Assembly (NCBI GenBank): GCA_963667255.1
Contig: OY762940.1
Location: 1,248,001 to 1,312,000, forward strand
Origin: Candidatus Cloacimonadota bacterium
GTDB lineage: Bacteria; Cloacimonadota; Cloacimonadia; G963667145
Direction: 5' to 3'
DNA length: 64,000 bases
In this document: in pieces, positions 43,957 through 54,036 of the stretch
How the letters are laid out: every line of letters starts with the position of its first letter
Position numbering within the stretch: the stretch's first letter is position 1
Program-made: the position numbers and the translations under genes
Notes under the pieces: generated by a model
The model's database searches: none
What the model was told of the DNA's origin: nothing
Seen by the model: only the letters and a program-made list of their open reading frames with translations

Positions 43957-46900
43957 ATGAACATAGTTGGAAAAAAAGTCGTAAGACTAGACGGGTATGA
44001 AAAAGTAACCGGCAAAGCCATCTATGGGGATGATATACAACTTAAGAATATGCTCTATATGGCTCAAAAGTACACTGACATACCTTGTGGAAAGATTAAA
44101 AAAATCGACATCAGCAAAGCTGAAAAACTGGAGGGAGTAGTTAAAATCGCTCTGCATAAAGATGTCATTGGGCAGGACAAAATAGGTCCCATTCGTCAAG
44201 ATCAATTCGTAATTTGTAAGGACAAAGTTTATTACTCTGGAGATGTGGTAGCCATCGTCAGTGCTATCAGCAAAAATATTGCCAACCTCGCTGCCAATAT
44301 GATAGAGGTAGAGTATGAAGCTGGAAAAGGCGTATTTGACATCACAGAATCAGCAAAAGATGAAACACTGGTAAGACCAGAATATGAAACAAATGTCGTG
44401 GTGCATTATCCGCTCCGCAAAGGAGATGTGGAAAAGGGCTTCGCTGAATGCGACCAAGTGATAGAAAGAGAATACAAAACAGGATTTCACGAACACGGCT
44501 ACATAGAGACAGAGAGTTTGGTGGCTGTGCCCGACCCGACATGCAAGGGCGTGAAAGTTTACGGCTCGGTGCAAAACCCACACACAACCAGACGCGAAGT
44601 TGCAAAATTTTTGGGTTTGAGGCTAAACCAAGTTGATGTTCGCTGTTCTAATCTCGGTGGCTCTTTCGGTGGAAAAGACGACACTGTAAACGCAGTAGCT
44701 TGTAGAGTAAGCATGCTCGCTATGCTTACCGGCAAGCCACACAAGATTAGCCTATCTCGCGAAGAGTCGATGAAAGAGAGCTATAAGCGACATCCGTATC
44801 TGATGAAATACAAAGTCGGCTTCAACAACGATGGCAAAATTAAATCAATGAAGGTCGATATTTTGGCAGACTCCGGTGCTTATTCGGCACAGAGTTTCTT
44901 CGTAACTTGGCGTTCCGTGGTGCAAGCCACGGGTCCATACGAGATTGACAATGTCAGCACAGACATCAGAGCGGTTTACACAAACAACACCTACACCGCT
45001 GCTTATCGTGGTTTTGGCTCTCCGCAAATCATTTTCGCTCAAGAATCTCTGATGGATGAAATCGGCGAACTCTGCGGACTCTCTCCACTGGAAATCAGAG
45101 CCAAAAACGGATACTCTCAAGGCTCAGTTACCGCTTCTGGACAAATCTTGGATTCACACAAAGTCTCTTTGAGCGAAGTGATAAAGAAAGCCACCGACGA
45201 CATAAAATATTCGGAAAAAATCGCCAAATACAAAAAGTTTAACGCAGAAAACGACAGATACAAAAAAGGCGTGGGTCTTGCTTGTTCGTTCAGAGGCTGT
45301 GCTCTCGGTGCCGAAGGAACGGATGCCACATCAGCCATTGTTTCCGTGCAACAAGACGGCTCAGGCTATGTCTGGACTGGTCTGAACGAAAACGGACAAG
45401 GTTTGAGAACGACTTTCGCCCAAGTCGCCACAGAGTGTCTGGGAATGAAATACGAAGATATGCACTTCCTCGAACCATCGACTGCAGCCATAAATGATGG
45501 AGGTCCAACAGTTGCCTCTCGTGGCACTATTATGGGCGGAAACGCTGTTTTGAACGCAGCGAATAAAATTAAACAAAGAATTTTCGATGCCAATAAAGAC
45601 AAACTCGGAGTTGACTCTCTCGATGACACCACATGGGGAAATGGCGAAATAATCGGCAAAAACAAAATCAGCTTCAAAGATGCTTGCACCACCGCATATT
45701 TTGCCGGATACAACCTCAGTGCTTACGGTTGGTTCAAAGCTCCCGAGGTTTCTTGGGAAGAAGAGACCGGACAAGGCAACGCTTATTTTACCTATGTTTA
45801 CGGCTGTCAAGTTGCGGACATCACTGTGGACACGCACACGGGGAAAATCACGGTAAATAAAATATCCGCCGCTCACGATGTCGGCAAGGCTATCAACCAC
45901 TTGGGCTTGGAAGGTCAAATTTACGGTGGTGTTACCCAAGGTATGGGTTACGGCGTTTTGGAGCATTACAATATTCAAAACGGTGTCGTGAAATCCAAAA
46001 ACTTTGACGAATACATCATTCCAACCATCAAAGACATCAAAGAGATTTCGCCTATCATCGTGGAAAATCCCGATGCTATCGGTCCTTACGGCGGTAAAAG
46101 CATCGGCGAACCAACTCTGGAACTCGGTGCTGCCTGCATCGCCAACGCTCTGAATAACGCCACCAAAAAACGCAGCTACGAGATTCCGTTGACATTGGAA
46201 AAAGTTTATCTCGGCAAACAATTAGTAAAACCGGAAAGAGCCAGTGAGGCTCACAAAGGCAGCAAAGATGTGAAAGATATCATCTCTAATGTTACTATGC
46301 TGAACCCGAAGAGTTTGAGCGAAGCCTGCCAAATGCTGACAAGCAATAAAAATTCCCAGTTGATTGCTGGTGGAACGGATGTGGTAATAGAACTTCGCTG
46401 TAAGCAATCCCCCACTACTTTGGTAAACATCGACCAATTGCCTGAATTAAAGGGAATCGCAGAGAATGGAAAAACTGTTGTCATCGGAGCTAACCAAAAA
46501 ATAAACGAAGTGAAAGAAAACAGCATTGTGCAAAAGCACTTCCCCGCATTGGTTGAGGCTATCTCCACGATTGGTGCCAAACAAACGAGAATGAGAGGCT
46601 CTCTTGCCGGCAATATTGCCAACGCATCTCCATCTGCAGATAGTTTGCCTCCGCTTGTCGCCTATGGTGCCAAGGTTTTGCTTGTTAGCCAAAACGGAGA
46701 AAGAACTGTTGATGTCGATAAATTTATTGTTGGCGGATACAAGACAGATATCAAAGAAGGCGAAATCATCAAAAGCATCATCTTGCCTATCCCAGAGAAA
46801 AACTACGAATACTCTTACTTCCAACTCGGCAGAAGAGGTGCTGTCAACATTACCAGACTCTCTCTCCTGACTATGTGTGCCAAAAACAGCTCCGGCATTT

Positions 46901-47127
46901 TGGAGAGCGTAATCATCAGTTGTGGAGCTTTGTTCGTTAAGCCGTGTCGCCTGCAAAAAATCGAAGAACTTCTTATCAACCAAAAACTGGATAGTGCTCT
47001 GATAGACAAAGCAGAAAATCTCTTGGCGGATTTGATAGAAGAACAAATCGGCGGCAGATGGTCAAGCGAATACAAAAAGCCTGTTTTCATCAATCTGTTC
47101 AAAGATAGTTTGGAAAAATTTATTTAA
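43957..47127 (+). CDS. Xanthine dehydrogenase-family molybdopterin subunit fused to FAD-binding subunit
   Basis: KVTGKA.Y, GGSFGGK, AYRGFG.PQ, GQG..T, ASRG, KSIGE; then AGGTD and R.RGS.AGN.ANASP.AD FAD motifs in the same ORF. Confidence 0.92.
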   Translation: MNIVGKKVVRLDGYEKVTGKAIYGDDIQLKNMLYMAQKYTDIPCGKIKKIDISKAEKLEGVVKIALHKDVIGQDKIGPIRQDQFVICKDKVYYSGDVVAIVSAISKNIANLAANMIEVEYEAGKGVFDITESAKDETLVRPEYETNVVVHYPLRKGDVEKGFAECDQVIEREYKTGFHEHGYIETESLVAVPDPTCKGVKVYGSVQNPHTTRREVAKFLGLRLNQVDVRCSNLGGSFGGKDDTVNAVACRVSMLAMLTGKPHKISLSREESMKESYKRHPYLMKYKVGFNNDGKIKSMKVDILADSGAYSAQSFFVTWRSVVQATGPYEIDNVSTDIRAVYTNNTYTAAYRGFGSPQIIFAQESLMDEIGELCGLSPLEIRAKNGYSQGSVTASGQILDSHKVSLSEVIKKATDDIKYSEKIAKYKKFNAENDRYKKGVGLACSFRGCALGAEGTDATSAIVSVQQDGSGYVWTGLNENGQGLRTTFAQVATECLGMKYEDMHFLEPSTAAINDGGPTVASRGTIMGGNAVLNAANKIKQRIFDANKDKLGVDSLDDTTWGNGEIIGKNKISFKDACTTAYFAGYNLSAYGWFKAPEVSWEEETGQGNAYFTYVYGCQVADITVDTHTGKITVNKISAAHDVGKAINHLGLEGQIYGGVTQGMGYGVLEHYNIQNGVVKSKNFDEYIIPTIKDIKEISPIIVENPDAIGPYGGKSIGEPTLELGAACIANALNNATKKRSYEIPLTLEKVYLGKQLVKPERASEAHKGSKDVKDIISNVTMLNPKSLSEACQMLTSNKNSQLIAGGTDVVIELRCKQSPTTLVNIDQLPELKGIAENGKTVVIGANQKINEVKENSIVQKHFPALVEAISTIGAKQTRMRGSLAGNIANASPSADSLPPLVAYGAKVLLVSQNGERTVDVDKFIVGGYKTDIKEGEIIKSIILPIPEKNYEYSYFQLGRRGAVNITRLSLLTMCAKNSSGILESVIISCGALFVKPCRLQKIEELLINQKLDSALIDKAENLLADLIEEQIGGRWSSEYKKPVFINLFKDSLEKFI

Positions 47128-47141
47128 TTTAGAGGTTCAAA

Positions 47142-47597
47142 ATGATAATTAATTTTACAGTTAACAATACAAAATACACACTTGATGTCGATGAGTCCAA
47201 AAGGCTTTTGGATGTTTTGCGTGAAGATTTGGGACTGACTGGCACCAAAGAAGGCTGTGCTGTCGGCGAATGCGGAGCTTGCACTGTGATAATGGACGGA
47301 GATGCCGTTCACTCTTGCCTGATAATGGCTGGACAATTGGAAGGAAGGAACATAGAGACCGTGGAAAATTTGGAGCAAAACGCAACTCTTAGCAAATTGC
47401 AAGAAAGTTTCCTTAAGCACGGTGCTGTGCAATGCGGATTCTGCACTCCGGGGATGCTGATGAGTGCCAAAGCTCTTCTGGACAAAGTGCCCAATCCTAC
47501 ACTCGCTCAAATAGAAGAAGCACTTGAGGGCAACGCTTGCCGTTGCACTGGTTACAAGCCGATTGTTGATGCCATACAAAATGTAGGCAAAGTCTAA
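47142..47597 (+). CDS. Molybdenum hydroxylase 2x[2Fe-2S] subunit
   Basis: GC..GECGACTV...SC and QCGFCTPG...CRCTGY. Confidence 0.95.
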   Translation: MIINFTVNNTKYTLDVDESKRLLDVLREDLGLTGTKEGCAVGECGACTVIMDGDAVHSCLIMAGQLEGRNIETVENLEQNATLSKLQESFLKHGAVQCGFCTPGMLMSAKALLDKVPNPTLAQIEEALEGNACRCTGYKPIVDAIQNVGKV

Positions 47598-47606
47598 GAG
47601 GAAATT

Positions 47607-48110
47607 ATGTTATTGGAATGTTTCAAGCAAAGATACAGCTGCAGAGCGTATAAAGATAAGCCGATTGAGGAAGAAAAATTAGCAAGCATAATCGAAGCAG
47701 CCGAATTGTCTCCATCTGCCAAAAATATTCAGCCTTGGAAACTGGTTATTATTCAGGATAAGCAAAAATTAAAGAAACTCACCGGTGTTTGCAAACAAGA
47801 TTTTCCGGCAAAATCTCCCTTAGTTATCGCTGTTTGTTGCAACAACTTGGAGCATATCATGGCTTGCGGACATCCGTCCTCTTTGGCTGACGGCTTCGGG
47901 ATGACTATGAGTATCCTCTTGCAAGCTTCAGCCGAAGGTCTCGGCTCATGCTGGCTTGGTGCCTTTAACCAAGAAAAAATTGCCGAACTGATAAGCCTGC
48001 CAAAAGAGTATTCTGTTTTATCCTTGATAACCATAGGGTATCCAGACGACAAGCAGGAAGAGCGAATAAGAAAATCAACGGAAGAGATTGTCGTTTACGA
48101 CAATTTCTAA
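47607..48110 (+). CDS. Nitroreductase family flavoprotein
   Basis: RYSCRAY, SPSA.NIQPW, GLGSCW.G, IGYP. Confidence 0.92.
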   Translation: MLLECFKQRYSCRAYKDKPIEEEKLASIIEAAELSPSAKNIQPWKLVIIQDKQKLKKLTGVCKQDFPAKSPLVIAVCCNNLEHIMACGHPSSLADGFGMTMSILLQASAEGLGSCWLGAFNQEKIAELISLPKEYSVLSLITIGYPDDKQEERIRKSTEEIVVYDNF

Positions 48111-48125
48111 CCATTTTAACAACTG

Positions 48126-48155
48126 CAAGGTGACCTAAATTGGTCACCTTGTTTT
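48126..48155 (+). terminator. Intrinsic terminator closing the Mo-hydroxylase operon
   Basis: CAAGGTGACC/GGTCACCTTG 10-bp stem plus TTTT. Confidence 0.8.
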
Positions 48156-48171
48156 GACTTTCCCGACACTA

Positions 48172-49185
48172 ATGGAAAAATTTATTTTTAAACATATAAA
48201 CCCCGTAAAACTAAACCTGTTTTTTGATAGCCTCAAATCTTCTTTGGGCGTCTTAATCTCGCTATGCATCTCTCTTTGGCTGACCAGCGACTACCAATAC
48301 CACATTTTCTCCTTCATCTTTTCCTCGCAATTGGTCTATGCCAAAACAGGCATCAGCTTGAAAAAAAGAGCTTCCTACACACTCTTTTGGGCAAGTTGCT
48401 TAGGGATTTTTCTCGCCACAATTCCGCTATTTACAGCATTTATCTACTTCAAATCAGCTCTACTCGTCCTCATAATTTACCTCGCTTTTTACCTAAAAGA
48501 TAAATCTCAACTCTTTGACAACAACCTTACAAATCAGTTTTTACTAAATCTTTGTGTGTATTTTTTCCTGTTATCTCCCGGGAAAGCCGATTTCCACTAT
48601 TTGTTCCTCTCTCTAATCTCTGGAATTATCTCTATTTCCACTGACATACTCATCCTAAAAAGTAAAAATCTTCGTAACATAAAATACTTGTTTCTTCGAG
48701 TTTTCCTCAGAATCCCTGTTTCTCTAAAAAAAATAGTCAAATCCACCGATAAGAACAATAACAAGCAAAATAAAGAGGATTTCTTCTACTACATCGAGAT
48801 CATCACAGAAATAGAAAATTTGGAAGAAACTCTGAAAGCCGATACCAAACAAAAGAAATTCTATACGAAACTTATTTTCTTCACCGCTACTGCTTTCAGA
48901 GCTTTAAAAATTATTGAGTTTAATTTCAGCGATTGTTTGCCAGAATTTAAGAAAAACATCAAATCCACTATCGACCCTTTCGCTTTAGCTTATAAAAATT
49001 TGGCATATAAAATTTTCTCCAAAAAAATAGAAATAAATCATCAGGAACTAAATTCCCGTTGTCTCGAGCTAAAAAATTTTTACCTGACAACTCCAAATCA
49101 ACACCAATGCAAGATATTGGTCAGCTTGGAAAGACTGGCAAGTTTAGCCAAAGAAATAGACGATTGTATCACCTATGAGAACTAA
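48172..49185 (+). CDS. Membrane protein, possibly the N-terminal half of a YccS/FUSC-like exporter
   Basis: About 5-6 N-terminal TM helices then a helical soluble domain; overlaps the next gene; start uncertain. Confidence 0.6.
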   Translation: MEKFIFKHINPVKLNLFFDSLKSSLGVLISLCISLWLTSDYQYHIFSFIFSSQLVYAKTGISLKKRASYTLFWASCLGIFLATIPLFTAFIYFKSALLVLIIYLAFYLKDKSQLFDNNLTNQFLLNLCVYFFLLSPGKADFHYLFLSLISGIISISTDILILKSKNLRNIKYLFLRVFLRIPVSLKKIVKSTDKNNNKQNKEDFFYYIEIITEIENLEETLKADTKQKKFYTKLIFFTATAFRALKIIEFNFSDCLPEFKKNIKSTIDPFALAYKNLAYKIFSKKIEINHQELNSRCLELKNFYLTTPNQHQCKILVSLERLASLAKEIDDCITYEN

Positions 49186-50134
49186 CAAACGCCTCGCCCT
49201 GCAAATTTCCCTTTCCTCTGCTATCGCCATTGTCGTTACATTGCTACTGGATATCCAAAAACCGTATTGGACTCTTTTGACCATTTTGTTGCTTATTTGC
49301 CCTCGCTACGAGCAAACTCTTCACAAAAGTTTCTTAAGAATTTTGTCCACAATTTTGGGAGCTACAGTCGGCGGAATTATCATTTGGATTAGCGACTCTC
49401 CGTTGATGTATCTCTCTTTGGCGGGAATAAGCGGATATTTTACCATCTATTATGGTAGAATCTCTTACTTCAAAACAATATTTTTTGCCTCTGTTATGGT
49501 AATTGCCTTAGCTGGAATCTTGAGCCCTTGGTCTTGGACAATCGTTGTGTCCAGAATTTTTCAAACAGGACTTGGTGCCATCATCGCTTTGGCAGTGAGC
49601 ATGATAGTTTCCCCTCGCAAAAATTACGACGAATATTTGGACACTGTAAAAGATATCTTAACCCAAGAGTTGCTATTTTACAAACAAGGAAGCAATATCT
49701 TCTTCTCATACGAATTGTATTGGAAAACTCTGAAAAAAATACGCAGCAATTTGTCCGAACTCCGAAAAAACGAAATGGAGATGCGTTTCAAAGACAGACT
49801 GTTTTTCAAAAAAAATCCCCGCATTTACACTTCAAAGATTTTGTATAGAAATCTAATTCTTATAGCGGATATCTTTTTTGTGCTGAACAAATTAAAAGTA
49901 GAGAACAGAGACTACAAACCCTATTTGAATCTTTTTAGACACTTAGTTCTTCCTGATTTTATGGAAATAAATTCGGCTTTAAACTTGGATATCCAGTTTA
50001 AAATCCCTGGCGAATTGGAATTTTTTGAAGAAACCGATGCAGAATATGTAAGCATTGTTCACTTCTCCAAGCGACTTCTTGCCAATTTGAAAGAAACATA
50101 CTCAATCATTCCCAAAACCAAAAATGAATCTTAG
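49175..50134 (+). CDS. FUSC family membrane protein
   Basis: PYW..LT, T..K...R...T.LG, R..QT.LG..IA. Confidence 0.85.
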   Translation: MRTNKRLALQISLSSAIAIVVTLLLDIQKPYWTLLTILLLICPRYEQTLHKSFLRILSTILGATVGGIIIWISDSPLMYLSLAGISGYFTIYYGRISYFKTIFFASVMVIALAGILSPWSWTIVVSRIFQTGLGAIIALAVSMIVSPRKNYDEYLDTVKDILTQELLFYKQGSNIFFSYELYWKTLKKIRSNLSELRKNEMEMRFKDRLFFKKNPRIYTSKILYRNLILIADIFFVLNKLKVENRDYKPYLNLFRHLVLPDFMEINSALNLDIQFKIPGELEFFEETDAEYVSIVHFSKRLLANLKETYSIIPKTKNES

Positions 50135-50495
50135 AGAAAAATTGCAAAAATTCTTTAGATGCCAACAATGCGGAGCTTGTTGCAAAAGAGAAGGCGGAAT
50201 TGTGTATATCTCGATGGAAGAAGCGGAAAAGATAGCATCGCTTTTGCAGAAACCGCTTTTTGTGTTTTTACAGGAAAATTGCAAAAAGCAAAGAGGCTGG
50301 CTCGTCATAAGCGATAGCAAATTCAACCCGAATTGCTATTTGGATAGTAAAAACAGATGTCAAATTTACTCTTGCCGTCCCAAATTTTGCAAACAATATC
50401 CATTTGTTCCGGAAATCTTGAAAGACGACAGCTCCATAAAAGAGGAAGCAAATCTCTGTCCAGCCATTTTTGAAGCGATAAATCATCCCCTGTAA
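50124..50495 (+). CDS. YkgJ/CxxCxxCC Fe-S/Zn-cluster protein
   Basis: FRCQQCGACC, C.YL....C.IY..RP..C..YPF. Confidence 0.9.
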   Translation: MNLREKLQKFFRCQQCGACCKREGGIVYISMEEAEKIASLLQKPLFVFLQENCKKQRGWLVISDSKFNPNCYLDSKNRCQIYSCRPKFCKQYPFVPEILKDDSSIKEEANLCPAIFEAINHPL

Positions 50496-50548
50496 TTCAA
50501 TTAAACATAATCTGTTGACCAAAAATCCAACCCGAAAAAAATAGCCGT

Positions 50549-51424
50549 ATGAAAATTTCCAATAATCAAAGTTTACTCGGTGGAATAGAGTCCTTCTCCG
50601 CCTATATTATTTGGGGAACATCCCCGCTATTTTGGATACTATTGTCCAATGTCAGCCCGTGGATTATCATCGGGAACAGAATCGTGTGGTCGTGCGTAAT
50701 GATGTTTGTCATCGTTTTAATCTACAAGCAAGCACCTCAAATCAAAGATATTTTTCGTAACAAAAAAGATTTCTCTACTCTGTTCTTCTGTGGCTGGCTG
50801 ATTTTCCTCAATTGGAGCATCTATATCTGGGCAATCTGCAACGAAAAGGTCATAGATGCATCTATCGGCTACTATATCAATCCGCTTATGGTGATTTTCT
50901 TTAGCAAAATATTTTTGAAAGAAAAGTTCGATAAACTCAAAATCGTCTCAATTATAATAGCCGCAACAGGCATAGGAATTATGATTTTCAGGTTCGGCAC
51001 TATCCCCTTCGTCTCTCTCGGACTTTGCACCACCTTTGCTGTATACGGACTGATAAAGAAGAAAATAAAACACTCTCCCGTGCAAACTATGTTTATCGAA
51101 AATCTCGTGGTTTTCCCCTTTGCCCTCGCCTTTTTGTTTATTTCACCGGAAAGCTACTCCATCAACTTATATGGCTACATCCTTCTGATTTGCGGAGGAA
51201 TAATCACCGGAGTGCCTCTCTTGCTCTTCGCCTCTGGGATAAAAAAAATTAAACTCTCGACCCAAGGATATATTCAATTCTTGGCACCAACAATAACTTT
51301 TTTCTTGAGCAAGTTTATCTTCAAAGAAAACATCAATCAAGCACAAATTATGGCACTATTTTTCATTTGGATAGCTTGTGGCATTTTTGTGATTTCGCTA
51401 TTTACCCAAAAAAAAAGCGTATAA
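50549..51424 (+). CDS. rarD: EamA-family transporter RarD
   Basis: Y..WG..P, R.VWS, NW..YIW, AS.GYYINPL, YGL.KK, Q..APT. Confidence 0.9.
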   Translation: MKISNNQSLLGGIESFSAYIIWGTSPLFWILLSNVSPWIIIGNRIVWSCVMMFVIVLIYKQAPQIKDIFRNKKDFSTLFFCGWLIFLNWSIYIWAICNEKVIDASIGYYINPLMVIFFSKIFLKEKFDKLKIVSIIIAATGIGIMIFRFGTIPFVSLGLCTTFAVYGLIKKKIKHSPVQTMFIENLVVFPFALAFLFISPESYSINLYGYILLICGGIITGVPLLLFASGIKKIKLSTQGYIQFLAPTITFFLSKFIFKENINQAQIMALFFIWIACGIFVISLFTQKKSV

Positions 51425-51434
51425 AAAGGACATT

Positions 51435-53264
51435 ATGAAATACGATGTAATTGTAGTCGGAGCAGGTCATGCAGGATGCGAAGCCGCTTGTATCGCCGCC
51501 AAAATGGGTGCTAAAACAGCTATGTTCGTCATCAAATACGAATCTATCGGGAGAATGTCTTGCAACCCATCAGTCGGTGGTCCGGCTAAAGGACACATCG
51601 CCAAAGAGATAGATGCTCTCGGCGGAGTGATGGCGAAGACAGCCGATATGACTGGCATACAATTCAGAATGCTCAACAGAGGAAAAGGTCCAGCTGTTTG
51701 GTCTCCGCGAAGTCAGAATGACCGCAAACAATACTCCTTACAAATGCTGATAAATTGCGAAAACCAAGAGAATTTGGATATTATCGAGAGTTGCGTTGAC
51801 GATTTACTCATCAAAGACGGCAAAGTTGAAGGTGTGGTTACTCACCTCAAGCAAAAATATTACGCACCGAAAGTCATCTTAGCTTGCGGAACATTTCTGC
51901 AAGGAGTTATCCATGTCGGCGATGTCAGCTATAGTGGAGGTCGCTCCGGAGAGCCGGCTGCCGACTACCTCACGAATAGATTAAAACAAGCAGGATTTAA
52001 TGTCAAACGATTCAAAACAGGAACTCCGGCGAGAATCGACTTGCGAACCATAGACTATTCCAAACTAATAGAGCAACCCGGCGACCCAGACCCAAGCAGT
52101 TTTAGCCTATACAGAGACATTCCCGTCCGTAATCTTTGCAGTTGCTGGCTCACCTACACCAATCCCGAGACACACAATATTGTTCGGTCAAACTTCGACA
52201 AATCCGCTCTCTATTCGGGCAGAATTGTAGGAACAGGTCCAAGATATTGCCCATCCATCGAGACAAAAGTGGATAGATTTTTCGACAAGGACAGACACCA
52301 AGTTTTCATCGAGCCCGAAGGAATCAACACTTTTGAAGGGTATGTAAACGGAATGTCCAACAGCCTCGCTCCCGAAGTGCAACACCAATTTATCCACTCA
52401 ATCGCAGGCTTGGAAAATGCCAAGTTCATCCGCTATGCATACGCCATAGAATACGACTACATAGAGCCATCGGACATCAAGCCGACTATGGAAACCAAAT
52501 TGGTAAAAGGGCTGTATTTTGCTGGACAAATCAACGGAACTTCCGGTTACGAAGAAGCAGCGGCACAAGGAATAATCGCCGGAATCAACGCTGTGAAATC
52601 TCTGGACGGAAACAGCAAGGAATTGATTTTGAGCAGAGACAACTCATACATTGGCGTTCTAATCGACGATTTGGTAACCAAAGGAACTGACGAACCATAC
52701 CGAATGTTCACATCCAGAGCCGAATACAGACTTTATCTCCGCCAAGACAATGCCGACGAAAGAATAATGCCAATCGGACATGCTCTGGGGACTGTTTCCT
52801 CCGCAAGATACCAAGCCTTTTTAGACACTTGCAAAATTGTTGATAGGGAGATAAATTTTTTGAAAAACCGCAAATCTACTTCACATCCCGATTTGAAAGA
52901 GCCAACTAAATTAGCCCAAATCTTAAAAAGACCAGGGATAGATTTGACTGAGTTGCAACAATTCGGCTACAAACCAGCCCATGACATCTCAAAACTTGCC
53001 GCAGAAAAAATCGAAATCAAAATCAAATACGAAGGCTACATAAAGCGACAATTGGAAGATATCAAGAGCTTTCAATCAATGGAAGAGACAAAATTCCCCG
53101 AAAATCTCGATTTCTCCAAAATTGACACCATTACACTCGAAGCGAGAGAAAAACTCCAAAAAATCAAACCTCTCTCTCTCGGACAAGCAAGCAGAATTTC
53201 CGGTATCAGCCACGCCGACATCACTTCGATTCTCGTTTATCTAAAGAAAATTAACTCAAAATAG
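51435..53264 (+). CDS. mnmG: tRNA uridine-5-carboxymethylaminomethyl modification enzyme
   Basis: GAGHAG.EAA, MSCNP, FKTGTP, GPRYCPSIE, AGQINGTSGYEEAA, YRMFTSRAEYRL. Confidence 0.98.
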   Translation: MKYDVIVVGAGHAGCEAACIAAKMGAKTAMFVIKYESIGRMSCNPSVGGPAKGHIAKEIDALGGVMAKTADMTGIQFRMLNRGKGPAVWSPRSQNDRKQYSLQMLINCENQENLDIIESCVDDLLIKDGKVEGVVTHLKQKYYAPKVILACGTFLQGVIHVGDVSYSGGRSGEPAADYLTNRLKQAGFNVKRFKTGTPARIDLRTIDYSKLIEQPGDPDPSSFSLYRDIPVRNLCSCWLTYTNPETHNIVRSNFDKSALYSGRIVGTGPRYCPSIETKVDRFFDKDRHQVFIEPEGINTFEGYVNGMSNSLAPEVQHQFIHSIAGLENAKFIRYAYAIEYDYIEPSDIKPTMETKLVKGLYFAGQINGTSGYEEAAAQGIIAGINAVKSLDGNSKELILSRDNSYIGVLIDDLVTKGTDEPYRMFTSRAEYRLYLRQDNADERIMPIGHALGTVSSARYQAFLDTCKIVDREINFLKNRKSTSHPDLKEPTKLAQILKRPGIDLTELQQFGYKPAHDISKLAAEKIEIKIKYEGYIKRQLEDIKSFQSMEETKFPENLDFSKIDTITLEAREKLQKIKPLSLGQASRISGISHADITSILVYLKKINSK

Positions 53265-53272
53265 TTCCAATA

Positions 53273-53989
53273 ATGGACATAGAAAAAGATTATCCTTTTG
53301 AGCAAATTTTTGAATACGAAAAATGTGTTTCCACGCTAATTGAAGCACAAAATAAACTCCCATTCCTTTCGGGAAACACTCTCTTCATCGCCAAAGAACA
53401 ACTCTCAGGAATAGGTCGTCATGATAATAAATGGCTCTCTCCAGTGGGCGGATTGTGGTTTACTATGGCTATCAAGCATCTCGATGTTCCAAGCAACTTT
53501 ACCCTTTTCATCGGTCAATGCCTGCACAAGTGCATAAAAAAATTTTATGATTCCAACAATTTACTGATAAAATGGCCTAACGACATCTATTTGAAAAACA
53601 AAAAATTAGCGGGGATTATTGTTCAAAAAAAACTTAATTATCTATTAATCGGCATCGGCATAAACACAAACTCTCGTATTCCCAATGAACTTAAAGACAC
53701 CGCCACTACACTAAAAGATTTAACCAAAATAGATAACAACGAATTTCTTCTTGCTTTCATCGATATTTTTCAAAAAAATTTGGACGACTACTTCGTAAAC
53801 GGTCTTGATGAAAATTATCTGAACAATTTCTCTTTTCTGCAAGACAAAAAAATCACTATCGGCACACAATTTGCAAAATTTGAGGGAGTTGTAAAAAAAA
53901 TCAGCAAAACCGGCGATATCGTGTTAACTCTCGACAACGGACTAACTCAACCGTTCTTCTCGGGGACAATCCTGAATTTTTCCCAATAA
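53273..53989 (+). CDS. birA: Biotin--protein ligase (group I, no HTH)
   Basis: Q..G.GR...W.SP.G, KWPNDI, KLAGI, GIGIN. Confidence 0.92.
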   Translation: MDIEKDYPFEQIFEYEKCVSTLIEAQNKLPFLSGNTLFIAKEQLSGIGRHDNKWLSPVGGLWFTMAIKHLDVPSNFTLFIGQCLHKCIKKFYDSNNLLIKWPNDIYLKNKKLAGIIVQKKLNYLLIGIGINTNSRIPNELKDTATTLKDLTKIDNNEFLLAFIDIFQKNLDDYFVNGLDENYLNNFSFLQDKKITIGTQFAKFEGVVKKISKTGDIVLTLDNGLTQPFFSGTILNFSQ

Positions 53990-54018
53990 AAAAGGCAAAC
54001 CACAAAAGTTCGCCTCTT
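53988..54018 (-). terminator. Terminator between convergent birA and ugd
   Basis: AGGCGAAC/GUUUGCCU stem plus U-run on the minus strand. Confidence 0.65.
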
Positions 54019-54036
54019 GTCTATTCCTAAAATCTA

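Noticed and set aside
43957..48110. Selenocysteine or stop-codon recoding in the Mo-hydroxylase operon, or an alternative genetic code
   Set aside because: All ORFs are full length under the standard code; TGA, TAG and TAA all end genes at expected positions
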